Origin: a bacterium
Lineage (GTDB): Bacteria > Armatimonadota > Fimbriimonadia > Fimbriimonadales > Fimbriimonadaceae
Assembly: GCA_013823945.1 (NCBI GenBank)
Contig: PNMZ01000001.1
Coordinates: forward strand, 906,356 to 970,355
DNA length: 64,000 nt
Direction of reading: 5' to 3'
The position numbers and the translations under genes are program-made. The notes beneath the pieces are model-generated. The model ran no database searches, was not told the origin of the DNA, and was given only the letters and a program-made list of their open reading frames with translations. Position 1 is the stretch's first letter. Each line of letters starts with the position of its first letter. Shown here piece by piece: positions 1 to 9,367 of the stretch.

Positions 1-457
1 GATGGAGACGATGTCGGCGGTGCCTTTCGCGCCACCGTCGTTCCATTTGTAGCCACCAGGGCCCTGGATGGCGTGATTCCAGGTTGCTTGGCCCCAAACT
101 GTTCGGGTCGGATCGACTCGGTCGAATCGAAGGACTCGGTTTTCACCTTCGATCCATCGGCGCGAGATGCTTGAAACCGTGACGGGAGTTGCTGAGATAT
201 CGCGGCTGAACGTGAGGATGATTTTGGCGGATTTGAGCTTTTTGCCGTTGTAGCGTTGCCATTGGAGTTGGGGGAAGTCAACGAGGATGGCCCGGCGATT
301 GCCGAGGACAAGGGCGGCTTCTCGACCGTAATTTGTGGTTGGAGTGGCCGGATCGATATAGGTATCGAAAACGGGAGCGAGCTGAGCGCGGGCGGACAGG
401 TCTGCGGAAGTGAGACCGGGTTCGAGAGAACCTATAAGAAATGCCGGGATCAGCATG
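1..457 (-). CDS. Hypothetical secreted protein, N-terminal part (gene runs off the left edge of the window)
   Basis: Reverse-complement reading of 1..457 is open with no stops. It begins MLIPAFLIGSLEPGLTSADL (signal-peptide-like) from an ATG at 455-457 and continues ...NRRAILVDFPQLQWQRYNGKKLKSAKIILTF...WGQATWNHAIQGPGGYKWNDGGAKGTADIVSI. The ORF track omits it because there is no stop inside the window. The + ORF 256..510 is therefore spurious. Confidence 0.45.
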
Positions 458-485
458 GGGCAGAGTTTATCTTAACTTGGGGGTG

Positions 486-1220
486 TCAATCGGGGAGGAT
501 GGCAACATAGTGGACTCGATCACTGGTTTTATTGGGTCGGTCGAGGGTGTAGGAGTCGTAGATGTCACAGGTGATGAATCCAGCGTCTCGTAGGGCATCG
601 CGCACTTCTTCATCCGAATGTGCTCTTTGGACGTGGACTTCTTGGAAGACTTCGTCGTTGCGTTCGAAGTCCATTTCGACGCGGATGATCTTTGTTTCGG
701 GATTGTAATCGCCTTTCCAGTAGTATTTGATGAGGGCTCGTTTTCGCTGATCTTCTTGGTCGAACATTCTTTGTTCGAAGGCGTAGGGGGTGTTGAGGTC
801 AAAGATGAAACTTCCGCCGGGGAGGATGTGCCGTGCTACATGATGGATTGCATCGCGCAGTCCCTCGAGGGTGGTGATGTAGTTGAGGCTATCGAAAAAA
901 CTGTAGGCTCCTTCGTATTGGTCAGGCAGATCGAGTGATGTGGCGTCCGCGACGTGGTATTCAATTTGGAGGTCTTTGGCGACGGCTTTTCTACGGGCTT
1001 CGGTGATCATTTGCTCACTGAGGTCGAACCCGGTGACTTGATAGCCGGACTCGGCGAGGAGTTCGGCGAGGGTTCCTGTTCCGCAGCAGACGTCGAGCAG
1101 GGTGTCGGGATCGAGTTGATGCCGCGTGAGGAGAAGGCGGTAGTAACCGGCCCACATGTCGTAGGGGACATTGGCCATCAGGAGGTCGTAGTGGGGGGCG
1201 ATGGGGCCGAAACTCGCCAT
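486..1220 (-). CDS. Class I SAM-dependent methyltransferase
   Basis: Motif I LDVCCGTGTLAELLAESGYQVTGFDLSEQM (glycine-rich SAM-binding loop), then acidic motif II. Length 244 aa. Confidence 0.8.
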   Translation of the reverse strand: MASFGPIAPHYDLLMANVPYDMWAGYYRLLLTRHQLDPDTLLDVCCGTGTLAELLAESGYQVTGFDLSEQMITEARRKAVAKDLQIEYHVADATSLDLPDQYEGAYSFFDSLNYITTLEGLRDAIHHVARHILPGGSFIFDLNTPYAFEQRMFDQEDQRKRALIKYYWKGDYNPETKIIRVEMDFERNDEVFQEVHVQRAHSDEEVRDALRDAGFITCDIYDSYTLDRPNKTSDRVHYVAILPD

Positions 1221-1239
1221 GAGCGGGTTTATTGTGGGC

Positions 1240-2124
1240 TTAGCCTTTGGCTTGTTGCCGGGCCCGGATGATAATGGCGAGGCTATTGAGGACGATCAGC
1301 AGTCCCATCAGAACAAGGATAGCGGCGGCGGCGGCGATACGAAATTCCTCTTTGGGTTGTCCGATCCAGTCAAGGATTTGGAGGGGTAGTACGGTGTACC
1401 GGTCATCGAGGCTGTCGGGAGGGAATGTAACAAGCCCGACGGCACCGACGACGATGAGGGGGGCAGTTTCACCGATTGCGCGGGAGGCGGCGAGAATGAT
1501 TCCGGTTAGGATTCCGGGGATCGCACGGGGAATTACCGCGCGGCGGATGGTTTGCCACTGGGTGCTTCCGAGGGCAAGGCTTGCTTCGCGGTAGCTTTTT
1601 GGTACGGCCTTGAGGGCTTCTTGGGTGACGAGGATGACCATGGGCAAGACGAGAATGCTCATGGTGAGGGCTCCGGTGAGGATGGATTTCCCGAGGCCAA
1701 TAACGGTGACGAAGAGGGACAGGCCGAGCATTCCGAAAACGATGGAGGGGACTCCGGCGAGATTGCTGATATTGACTTGGATGAAGCGGACGAGGCGGTT
1801 TTTCCGGTAAGTGAATTCTTCGAGATAGATCGCGGCAGCGACTCCAACGGGGACGACGAAAATGATTGTAAGGGCCATGATATACATGGAGCCGACGAGC
1901 GGGCTCCAGATTCCGGCTTTGTCAGGAAACATTTGGCTGGGGTTGGCTTTAATGAAGTCGAGGCTGACTCGTCCGACGCCATCCACAACGACTTTGTAAA
2001 TGAGAGTGCAGAGAATGGCGACAGCGATAAAAGCGGCGAAGAGGCAGATGCTTTGAAAGAACAGGTTGCGGCGCTTGCGCTTTTGGGTGTGAGCGGGGGG
2101 ATTGAGGAATGCGGGAGTGCTCAT
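1240..2124 (-). CDS. pstA: Phosphate ABC transporter permease PstA
   Basis: Six-TM permease carrying the EAA-loop signature ASRAIGETAPLIVVGA. It lies directly downstream of pstC and pstS. Confidence 0.85.
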   Translation of the reverse strand: MSTPAFLNPPAHTQKRKRRNLFFQSICLFAAFIAVAILCTLIYKVVVDGVGRVSLDFIKANPSQMFPDKAGIWSPLVGSMYIMALTIIFVVPVGVAAAIYLEEFTYRKNRLVRFIQVNISNLAGVPSIVFGMLGLSLFVTVIGLGKSILTGALTMSILVLPMVILVTQEALKAVPKSYREASLALGSTQWQTIRRAVIPRAIPGILTGIILAASRAIGETAPLIVVGAVGLVTFPPDSLDDRYTVLPLQILDWIGQPKEEFRIAAAAAILVLMGLLIVLNSLAIIIRARQQAKG

Positions 2125-2127
2125 GGT

Positions 2128-3114
2128 TTAGCGTCTCCCCGCCATTTTTCGGACGTAATGTTGGGCGATGAGGTTGAGAACGAAAGTGATGAGGAACAGA
2201 ACCAGACCGATTGCGAAGATCGATTGGTAGCGGATATCGCCTCGAGAGATGTCGCCTTTGGAAACGTTGACGATTTGAGCGGTCATGGTCATGACTTCGT
2301 TTCCTGGGTTGAAAGTGAGTTGAGGGGTTGCTCCAGCGGCGATTGTGACGGCCATTGTTTCACCGACGGCTCGTGAAAGAGCGAGGATAAAGCTGGCCAC
2401 GATCCCGCTAAATGCGGCGGGAAGGACTACTTTTGAGATGACTTCGGCTTTGGTGCATCCCAGTCCAAATGCGGCTTCTCGGAGAACTTTTGGGACGGCA
2501 GTGATTGCGTCTTCGCAGAGGCTGCTGACGAGAGGGAGGGTCATGAAGCCGACAACGATTGCCCCAGCGGCGGCATTGGCGGGTCTGAATTCGGGGAAGA
2601 ATGGGCTGAGGGTGGGAAGAATCTGCGTCAGGTATTCAGTTCCTCCGCGGAGTCCGGGGGTGACAAGCGAGAGGGCAAAATAACCAAAGACCACGGAGGG
2701 AACACCAGCGAGCAGTTCCAGAATGGGTTTGAGAATTTTGCGAACTTTGCTGGGAGCGTATTCGCTGAGATAAATCCCAACGCAGAGTCCGAGGGGAATC
2801 GAGACAATTCCGGAACCGATTGTGATGAGGAGAGTCCCGGTGACAAGAGGGAGAACGCCGTATTTGGGATCATTGCCCATCATTTCCCATTTGGTTCCGG
2901 TAAGAAATGATGAGATCGGAATTTGTTGGAAGAAGGGGATGGATTCAAGAAAAAGAATGCTAAAAATTCCGACGGTTGCGACGATGCTGAACGCGGCGCA
3001 GATGAAACAAAGACCGCGCACGATCGCTTGAGTGATCGTGCGCGACTTGCCGATGGCACTGCTCTTGGTGAAAGAGCGGTTTGATTTGATGTTAGTCAGA
3101 TCAGCGGATGCCAT
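2128..3114 (-). CDS. pstC: Phosphate ABC transporter permease PstC
   Basis: Polytopic permease with ALSRAVGETMAVTIAAG (PstC-type EAA motif). Located between pstS and pstA. Confidence 0.85.
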   Translation of the reverse strand: MASADLTNIKSNRSFTKSSAIGKSRTITQAIVRGLCFICAAFSIVATVGIFSILFLESIPFFQQIPISSFLTGTKWEMMGNDPKYGVLPLVTGTLLITIGSGIVSIPLGLCVGIYLSEYAPSKVRKILKPILELLAGVPSVVFGYFALSLVTPGLRGGTEYLTQILPTLSPFFPEFRPANAAAGAIVVGFMTLPLVSSLCEDAITAVPKVLREAAFGLGCTKAEVISKVVLPAAFSGIVASFILALSRAVGETMAVTIAAGATPQLTFNPGNEVMTMTAQIVNVSKGDISRGDIRYQSIFAIGLVLFLITFVLNLIAQHYVRKMAGRR

Positions 3115-3126
3115 CGATGGTTGGAA

Positions 3127-4176
3127 TTAGTTCGCAGACTTGAGAATATCAATGATTGACATTCCGGCCTTGTCTTTGTTGTTGAAGATGCTGCCAACGG
3201 TTTTAGCTTCGGCACGGGCCTTGATCATCTCAGCGGCTTCGGTGGGAAGCGGGAGGTAATCAGCGGCTTCAACGGCTTTGGCTCCATTCTCACCAAGGGC
3301 GAAGAGGACGAAGTCGCTGACCAGGGCGGAGGATTCCATTTTGGCTTTGTTGACGTACATGAAAAGTGGTCGGCTGAACGGACTGTAGGTACCATCAACG
3401 ATGGATTCCTTGGTCGGTTCGATTGCGCCTTTGCCTGCATCGACAGGTACGGCTCGAACTTTATCGCTATTCTGAATGTAATAGCTGAAGCCGACGTAAC
3501 CAAGAGCGTTGGGTTCGTTTGCGACACCAGTGACCAGCGGTTCGTATTCGGCTTGCTGGGAGTAGTCAGGTCGAACGTTATCTTTATCGCCGTTGACGAC
3601 TTCATTAAAGTACTCATAGGTGCCGTGGGCGTCGGTTGGTCCGTAAAGTTTAATTTCTTCGGCGGGCCAGGACGGATCAACTTCATTCCACATTTTGACC
3701 TTCGAGTCTTGATTCCAAATCTTGTTGAGTTGCTCGATGGTGATGGACTTAAGCCATTCGTTTTTCGGGTTAACGATGATGCAAAGGCCGTCGAGTGCGA
3801 CTGGGACTTCGATGAATTCGATTCCGGCTTTTGCAAGCTCGGCAACTTCGTCGTCTTTGATGGGTCGAGAAGCATTGGTGATGGCGGTTTCGCCTTTGAT
3901 GAACATCTTCATCCCGCCGCCGGTTCCAGCTTTGCCGACCGTGATTTCTGCACCTTGTCCGAAAAGTTCGGCGAGTGCGGCACCAATGGGATAGACCGTA
4001 CCGGAGCCATCGATGGCGAGGGATTGACCGGAGTAGTCAGCAGCTTTGGCTTCTGTTTTCGATTCTGAACCGGTTCCAGAAGTTTCGGTTTTGGTTTCGG
4101 TTCCAGAACAGCCAGTCATGAGTCCAAGAACGATGGCGGACAAGCCGATGAGGGCGGAGATTTTTGTCAGTTTCAT
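3127..4176 (-). CDS. pstS: Phosphate-binding periplasmic lipoprotein PstS
   Basis: Lipoprotein signal LIGLSAIVLGLMTGCSG. Body is PBP-like with phosphate-binding SGTGGG-type loops (GKAGTGGGMKMF). It is the first gene of pstSCA. Confidence 0.85.
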   Translation of the reverse strand: MKLTKISALIGLSAIVLGLMTGCSGTETKTETSGTGSESKTEAKAADYSGQSLAIDGSGTVYPIGAALAELFGQGAEITVGKAGTGGGMKMFIKGETAITNASRPIKDDEVAELAKAGIEFIEVPVALDGLCIIVNPKNEWLKSITIEQLNKIWNQDSKVKMWNEVDPSWPAEEIKLYGPTDAHGTYEYFNEVVNGDKDNVRPDYSQQAEYEPLVTGVANEPNALGYVGFSYYIQNSDKVRAVPVDAGKGAIEPTKESIVDGTYSPFSRPLFMYVNKAKMESSALVSDFVLFALGENGAKAVEAADYLPLPTEAAEMIKARAEAKTVGSIFNNKDKAGMSIIDILKSAN

Positions 4177-4212
4177 GCGTGCCTCTAACAGCCTGACGTT
4201 ACAGAGATTGTG

Positions 4213-4229
4213 TTAACAAAACGTTAACA
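4213..4229. promoter_or_regulatory. Putative Pho box upstream of pstS: direct repeat TTAACA-n5-TTAACA
   Basis: The sequence tgTTAACAaaacgTTAACAaaag lies 35-50 nt upstream of the pstS start. The 11 bp periodicity of a TTNACA-like hexamer resembles PhoP/PhoB-type boxes. Confidence 0.3.
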
Positions 4230-4252
4230 AAAGGTCCTCAGGCGATGAATTG

Positions 4253-4594
4253 TTAAGAAGTCCTATCAATGACGGCAAAGGCGATGGCGAGGTCACGCTC
4301 GTGGCTTATGGTGATGTGGATCTGAAGGATTTCTGACTGAAAAGCGGGATGGCAGATGGTGGCTTTGGGAGGTTGAAGGGGTTCGTTGAGGACTTCGACT
4401 TGGTGCCAAGAATTGACACAAGGGAAGGCTTTCTTGATGGCTTCTTTGGCCGCCCATCTCCCCGCGACGTACTCGGGAGTGAGTTCTCGATTTTGTTCGG
4501 CGGGAGTGAGGATGCGGTTGATGAAAGCCGGATTTTGCATTGCTTGAGCGATGCGGGGAATCGAGGCGATGTCGGTGCCGATGCCGATGATCAT
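4253..4594 (-). CDS. acpS: Holo-[acyl-carrier-protein] synthase (4'-phosphopantetheinyl transferase)
   Basis: N-terminal MIIGIGTDI signature and the central GRWAAKEAIKKAF motif, 113 aa. The start overlaps the stop of the upstream Fe-S gene by 4 nt. Confidence 0.85.
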   Translation of the reverse strand: MIIGIGTDIASIPRIAQAMQNPAFINRILTPAEQNRELTPEYVAGRWAAKEAIKKAFPCVNSWHQVEVLNEPLQPPKATICHPAFQSEILQIHITISHERDLAIAFAVIDRTS

Positions 4595-6624
4595 GAGTTT
4601 GCGTCTTGGAGGAGTTCGGCCATATCAACGAGTTTGATTTCTTCGTTGGTGACTTGTTTGATACTTGCGTCGAGCATGATTCGGCAGAAGGGGCAGCCGA
4701 GGGCGACGGTTTTCGCACCGGTGGCAAGGAGTTCTTCCGCTCGGCGATTTCCGGGGCGTTGATCAGGCTCTTCTTCCATCCACATCCGCCCTCCGCCGGC
4801 ACCGCAGCAGAGAGTTTTCTTGCCGTGATGCGTTGGTTCGGCGAGGATGTTGTTTGAGTCGGGGGCAATACCGATTTCTTTTGTGAAGAGGGGGGTGGAC
4901 GAATCGAGGTTCGAAGTTTGACCAACGAGTTTCCGGGGTGCGTCGGAAATGTTATTGACCCGAGCGAGGTAGCAGGGGTCATGGTAGGTGACGGAGCCGG
5001 GAAGGGTTTGGGCAGATTTGAGGCGTCCGGATTCGACGAGTTCGGCGAGAAGTTCGGTGTGGTGGACGACTTCCAGGTCTGTTAGACCGAGATCGGGATA
5101 TTCGTTTTTGAGTGTGTTGAGGCAGTGGGGACAGGCCGTTACCACTTTCCGAACGTTGTATTGGTGGAAGGCGGCGACGTTGGTGTTGCCTTGATGTTGG
5201 AATGTTGCTTCGTCGCCGATTCGCCGAGCGGGGTCTCCGGTGCAGGTTTCTTCTTGACCAAGACAGGCGAACGAGACTCCGGCTTTTTGGAGAAGTTTTG
5301 CGAAGGCTTTTGTGGTGCGGACAGCGGCGGGGTCTGTGGCTCCGGCACAGCCGACCCAGAAGAGGTACTCAAAAGGTTTACCGTTCCGGGCGAGGGGGAT
5401 GTTGAGTCCTTCCATCCACTGTTCACGTTCGGGGGCTGCTTGTCCCCAGGCGGAACCAGTTCCGGCGATTTGCTTGAGAGGGATCGTTGCGGTTCCGGTG
5501 AGTTGGCCTTCGGATACGAGGTTTCGGCGGGCATCGACGATGAGATCAACGTGGCGGATCAGAACGGGACATGCTTCGACACAGGCGTTGCAAGTGGTGC
5601 AGGCCCAAAGGGCTTCTTCAGAGACAGCGGCGGGGATATTTTCGCCCGTGCGGATGGCGCGGTGAGTGTCCTGGACAATTTGTTTGGGGTTGAGAATTTT
5701 GCCGGTGTTGTAGGCGGGGCAGACTTCGGTGCACCGCCCACAGGACATACAGGCATCGAGACTGAGGAGGTGCCATCGTGAGTAGTCTCGGGCACTCGCG
5801 GCTCCAATTGGTTCGCCGGACTCGAGGCTCTCGGGCGATACAGTTGGGAGTTTGCCCATGGGGGCTTCTTCTGTTCCGGCGGCGGTGAGTGTGGCGAAGA
5901 TGATGTGCTTGATGCGCATCTGCGGAAGGAAGGCAAAGAAGAGCCACACCCAGACCATGTGTTGCCACCAGATGGCGATGTATCCGGCGGGGCTGAGGCC
6001 CGGGAGAAGTTGGGCGATTCCATAGCCGACGAAGCTGTAATGATCCCAGGGTTTGGGATTAGCGGCGATGCGTGCAGCTTCGAGGACATACCCGCTGACT
6101 CCAAGAATAAGGAGCAGGTAGAGAGCAGCAAAGTCCTGCCAGGTGGTGGTGATGGGGTTGGCGCTTCGGTTGAGTTTGCCAGTTTCGGGGTCGGGTATGG
6201 GTTGGCCTTCTGTTCGGGCCAAGTGGTAGCGGCGTTTGAGAGCCCAGAGAATTCCGATGATAAACAGGAGGCCGAGCGCATCGAAAACGGCTTCGTACAC
6301 CAAATAGTAGGCTCCTTTGTGCCAGTTGGGTATCCCGACAACGCTTCCGTATGTGGCAAGAGCGAGCAAGGTAGTGGCGATGAAAAGGCTGAGGAAGCCA
6401 TAGAAAATGAGGAGGTGCAAAGGCGCGCCTTCTTTGGGCCGGCTACCCATGACTTTGCGCTGGGCGAGGACATAAGTGATCAATCCGGATATGTAATTGG
6501 GTCTCCAGGTGATTTTTTTGCCTTTCATCCAGTGGCGAGACTGGCCGGCGACTTGCCAGATCATGATGGCGATGCTCAGAAACGTGAGAGTATAAAAAAT
6601 GGCCTTTGGCAGTGGGCCATCCAT
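4591..6624 (-). CDS. Membrane-bound Fe-S oxidoreductase: N-terminal polytopic NarI/HdrE-like domain fused to an HdrD/GlpC-like domain (2x[4Fe-4S] plus two CCG cysteine-rich domains)
   Basis: The first ~230 aa are hydrophobic with 5-6 TM segments. Two ferredoxin motifs follow (CMSCGRCTEVCP and CTTCNACVEACP), then two CCG-type cysteine clusters (CPHCLNTLKNEY...CCGAGGG...GCPFCRIM). Confidence 0.7.
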   Translation of the reverse strand: MDGPLPKAIFYTLTFLSIAIMIWQVAGQSRHWMKGKKITWRPNYISGLITYVLAQRKVMGSRPKEGAPLHLLIFYGFLSLFIATTLLALATYGSVVGIPNWHKGAYYLVYEAVFDALGLLFIIGILWALKRRYHLARTEGQPIPDPETGKLNRSANPITTTWQDFAALYLLLILGVSGYVLEAARIAANPKPWDHYSFVGYGIAQLLPGLSPAGYIAIWWQHMVWVWLFFAFLPQMRIKHIIFATLTAAGTEEAPMGKLPTVSPESLESGEPIGAASARDYSRWHLLSLDACMSCGRCTEVCPAYNTGKILNPKQIVQDTHRAIRTGENIPAAVSEEALWACTTCNACVEACPVLIRHVDLIVDARRNLVSEGQLTGTATIPLKQIAGTGSAWGQAAPEREQWMEGLNIPLARNGKPFEYLFWVGCAGATDPAAVRTTKAFAKLLQKAGVSFACLGQEETCTGDPARRIGDEATFQHQGNTNVAAFHQYNVRKVVTACPHCLNTLKNEYPDLGLTDLEVVHHTELLAELVESGRLKSAQTLPGSVTYHDPCYLARVNNISDAPRKLVGQTSNLDSSTPLFTKEIGIAPDSNNILAEPTHHGKKTLCCGAGGGRMWMEEEPDQRPGNRRAEELLATGAKTVALGCPFCRIMLDASIKQVTNEEIKLVDMAELLQDANS

Positions 6625-6695
6625 GAATAAGAACTCGTGACGGGTTGGGGTTTCGATTGGGATATTGTGGCGAATTTCCCTCGTTTGATGCTTGG

Positions 6696-7391
6696 TTAGA
6701 TGAGTTGTGAGGACGGAGTTTGGGTGAGTTGTTCGGCGACTTGGATGACTGGAGCGGTGGCAAGGATGTCTTGGTTGGTGATAAGAAAATCTAGGAGAGT
6801 GCGGTGCGCTTTGTGATCGATTGACTTTTTCCCGACGCCGATTCCATCAAATGCGAAGACGATCCAGTTGGGATTTTGGATGGCCTGACGGGCGATTTGG
6901 ATGAGTTGCGAGCCGCTGAGATCGGTGGGGTCAACGACTTTGAGGTTCTTGGAAGTTTGGGGTGTGATTGGGTTGATACCGGGGGTGCCGGATCGGATCG
7001 CCCGGAATGTGAACTGGAGAGCAGGAAGATAGTTTCGGGAATCAGCACAGGTGGCTTTGCCGTAAGGCAGTCCGAGACTGAATTGGGATTGCTCGGGGAA
7101 GAGATCGATGAGCAGATCATTGGCTTCGGCAAGATCGTCGAGGATCATGGCGGTTGTCCAGGCGGGGAGGGAGCCGTCGGGAAGAGCCGCTCCGATGAGG
7201 GATCCATTACCAATTTCATGGCCTCGTGATTGAGCGGTTCGCCATGCGGGATAGTGATCGAGGAGAGTGGAGGGTTCTGCGTAAAATGTTGCTTGGAGAT
7301 TTCTTTCAGCGAGGTCGGGCAGCGCGGTTTCGACATGGCAGAGTTGAGTGCCGTCGTAGGTGAGGGAAATGATTCCGCGCTTGGTGCCCAT
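6696..7391 (-). CDS. Polysaccharide deacetylase (NodB-homology domain) family protein
   Basis: LTYDGTQ... matches the NodB TFDDG region and histidine-containing motifs follow. Length 231 aa. Confidence 0.65.
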   Translation of the reverse strand: MGTKRGIISLTYDGTQLCHVETALPDLAERNLQATFYAEPSTLLDHYPAWRTAQSRGHEIGNGSLIGAALPDGSLPAWTTAMILDDLAEANDLLIDLFPEQSQFSLGLPYGKATCADSRNYLPALQFTFRAIRSGTPGINPITPQTSKNLKVVDPTDLSGSQLIQIARQAIQNPNWIVFAFDGIGVGKKSIDHKAHRTLLDFLITNQDILATAPVIQVAEQLTQTPSSQLI

Positions 7392-7472
7392 GATAACGAT
7401 CCTACTGTACGGGATTTTGGTTCCATTTGCAAGGAAAAAGTTTTTAACCAGTCAGGGACTATACTTTTGGGC

Positions 7473-7820
7473 ATGGCGACGCTTTTTTCCAAGATTATCA
7501 ATCGAGAGATTCCGGCAGAGATTGTGTTTGAGAATGAGTATGTGGTGGCGTTTCGAGACATCCAGCCGCAGGCTCCGGTGCATATTTTGATCGTGCCTCG
7601 CGCCGAGATTTCTGGGTTAGCTGAGCTTCCGGACTCAGGTGATCACCAGCACTTGCTGAATGCGGCGAAAGTCATTGCAGAACAAGAGGGGTTGGGGGGA
7701 GGATATCGGGTTGTTATTAACCAAGGTGCGGATGCAGGTCAGACGGTCTTTCATCTTCATGCTCATTTACTCGGGGGTGCTCCGCTCGGTGGGTTTGGGG
7801 TTCCGGGGCTTGACCATTAA
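7473..7820 (+). CDS. HIT family hydrolase (histidine triad nucleotide-binding protein)
   Basis: Histidine triad HLHAHLLGG near the C-terminus. An ATG at 7473 gives a typical 115 aa HIT protein starting MATLFSKIINREIPAEIV. The track's 7230 start is an over-extended N-terminus that would overlap the upstream convergent gene. Confidence 0.8.
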   Translation: MATLFSKIINREIPAEIVFENEYVVAFRDIQPQAPVHILIVPRAEISGLAELPDSGDHQHLLNAAKVIAEQEGLGGGYRVVINQGADAGQTVFHLHAHLLGGAPLGGFGVPGLDH

Positions 7821-7864
7821 ATTCGTTTGAGCTTGGGCTAAACTCTGTGGCTGACGGTGCAACG

Positions 7865-9367
7865 ATGCCAGAAGTCCAGTTAAACATTCCCGCTATTGGT
7901 GAGGGCCTGCAAGAGGCCCGCGTGGTCGCGCTTTTGAAGCAACCGGGCGATTTGATTGCTCGTGACGAAGCCATTTATCAGATGGAGACGGACAAGGCAG
8001 TCATGGATGTTGAGTCATCGGTGAGCGGACGGGTTGTTCGGTGGTTGGCCTCGGCGGATGATGTTTTGGCAATTGGTGCACCAATCTTGGTTGTGGACAC
8101 GGCGGATGAGGTTCCGGCGGAAGCAGGAGTTCCAGCAGAAGTGATCCCGCTTCTTCCAGTTGCGGCAGTTGGTGGGATTGTCGAACTGAACATCCCGGCA
8201 ATTGGGGAAGGTTTGCAAGAAGCGCGGCTGGTTGCGACTTTGAAAAATCCGGGGGACAAGGTGAAGCGCGACGAAGCGATTTACCAGATGGAGACGGATA
8301 AGGCGGTCATGGATGTTGAATCGCCCTATGAAGGAGAAGTTGTTGAGTGGCTGGCACAGGTTGACGATGTGCTCGCGATTGGAGCTCCGATTTTGCGATT
8401 TAAGACCGACGAAGCGGTTGCAGGTGCGGCTCCGGTTGCCCCAGTTTCCTCCGGATCAAGTTCGGCGGTTTCGGTTGCGGCGACTCCGGTTCATGCGGGA
8501 GGTCGGCGTCGGGATGTTCCGCCAAGAACGCGGGCATATGCAAAAGAGAAAGGGGTTTCGGCTGAACAGTTGGAGATCATCCCGGCGAGGGGAGCGAAGT
8601 TGATGCCGGGCGATATTGATGCGTTTTTGGCGGGGGGTGCGGTGGCTCCGGTCTCGGCACCGGGAGGATCGAAGCGGGGCAAAAATTTCTCTGAAGAGCC
8701 TTTCGGTGGCAAGCAGAAGATCTTGGCGAGTCGTCTTCAGCGCGGAAATCAGCTCGTTGTTCCCGGAATGATGTCAATTGTTGTGGACTGGGGCAAGATC
8801 GAGGAGTTGCGCGACGTGCAGAAAGCGAAAGGAGGAGATTTCCAACCGAGCAGCTTTACATACTTTGCTTATGCGGTGGCGAAAGCGGCGGCGGCTCACC
8901 CGATCATGCGTTCAACTTTGGTGGGTGATTCTGCGGTGCGGACTTATGACCATTTGCAACTGGGAATTGCGGTGTCGTTGCCTGGTGATGAGTTGGTGGT
9001 TGCAGTTGTTCGGGACTCGGACACTTTGAAGTGGGTTGATTTTGCGAATGATATGCGGGCACGAATCAATGATGCCCGGGGGGGCAAGGATCAGGCAGAT
9101 GAATCGGTTACTTTGAGCATTACAAACATGGCGGGCCACGGGATTCGCGAAGCTATGGCAGTCGTTGTGCCGCCGGGAGTTGCGACGGTGTTCTTGGGCG
9201 AGGCTTACAATGGGCTGTCGAATGAAGTTGCCGGTGAATTCAAAGTTATGAGGTGTGCGAATGTCGGAATTACAATTGACCACCGATTGATCAACGGGGT
9301 TGGTGGAGCGGAGTTCTTGAATGCAATTCGGGACAATGTGGCGCGAATAGCCGAGTTGACAGCATGA
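7865..9367 (+). CDS. 2-oxoacid dehydrogenase complex E2 (dihydrolipoamide acyltransferase): two lipoyl domains, an E3-binding domain and a catalytic domain
   Basis: Two tandem lipoyl domains (...AIYQMETDKAVMDVES... twice, about 230 nt each at 7.87-8.10 and 8.17-8.40 kb). A PSBD-like segment follows (RTRAYAKEKGVSAEQLEIIPARGAKLMPGDIDAFL). The catalytic domain carries DHRLINGVGGAEFL, with Asn where DHRxxDG has Asp. No E1 or E3 genes are adjacent. Confidence 0.8.
   Translation: MPEVQLNIPAIGEGLQEARVVALLKQPGDLIARDEAIYQMETDKAVMDVESSVSGRVVRWLASADDVLAIGAPILVVDTADEVPAEAGVPAEVIPLLPVAAVGGIVELNIPAIGEGLQEARLVATLKNPGDKVKRDEAIYQMETDKAVMDVESPYEGEVVEWLAQVDDVLAIGAPILRFKTDEAVAGAAPVAPVSSGSSSAVSVAATPVHAGGRRRDVPPRTRAYAKEKGVSAEQLEIIPARGAKLMPGDIDAFLAGGAVAPVSAPGGSKRGKNFSEEPFGGKQKILASRLQRGNQLVVPGMMSIVVDWGKIEELRDVQKAKGGDFQPSSFTYFAYAVAKAAAAHPIMRSTLVGDSAVRTYDHLQLGIAVSLPGDELVVAVVRDSDTLKWVDFANDMRARINDARGGKDQADESVTLSITNMAGHGIREAMAVVVPPGVATVFLGEAYNGLSNEVAGEFKVMRCANVGITIDHRLINGVGGAEFLNAIRDNVARIAELTA

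Noticed and set aside
256-510. Track ORF 256..510 (+) as a real gene
   Set aside because: A better-supported minus-strand gene with a signal peptide and an open frame to the window edge occupies 1..457. The + ORF has no motif and an atypical composition.
1552-2376. Long antisense or alternative-frame ORFs inside well-supported genes (for example 1552-2376 +, 5559-6473 -, 24937-25743 +, 46901-48115 +, 59294-60145 +, 62843-63427 -, 63453-63953 -)
   Set aside because: They are typical high-GC shadow ORFs: low-complexity, Ala/Gly/Arg/Pro-rich translations with no motifs, and each is fully overlapped by a motif-bearing gene on the other strand or frame.
7847-8400. The internal ~230 bp tandem repeat in the E2 gene as a mobile or novel repeat
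   Set aside because: It is the normal duplication of lipoyl domains found in many E2 subunits.
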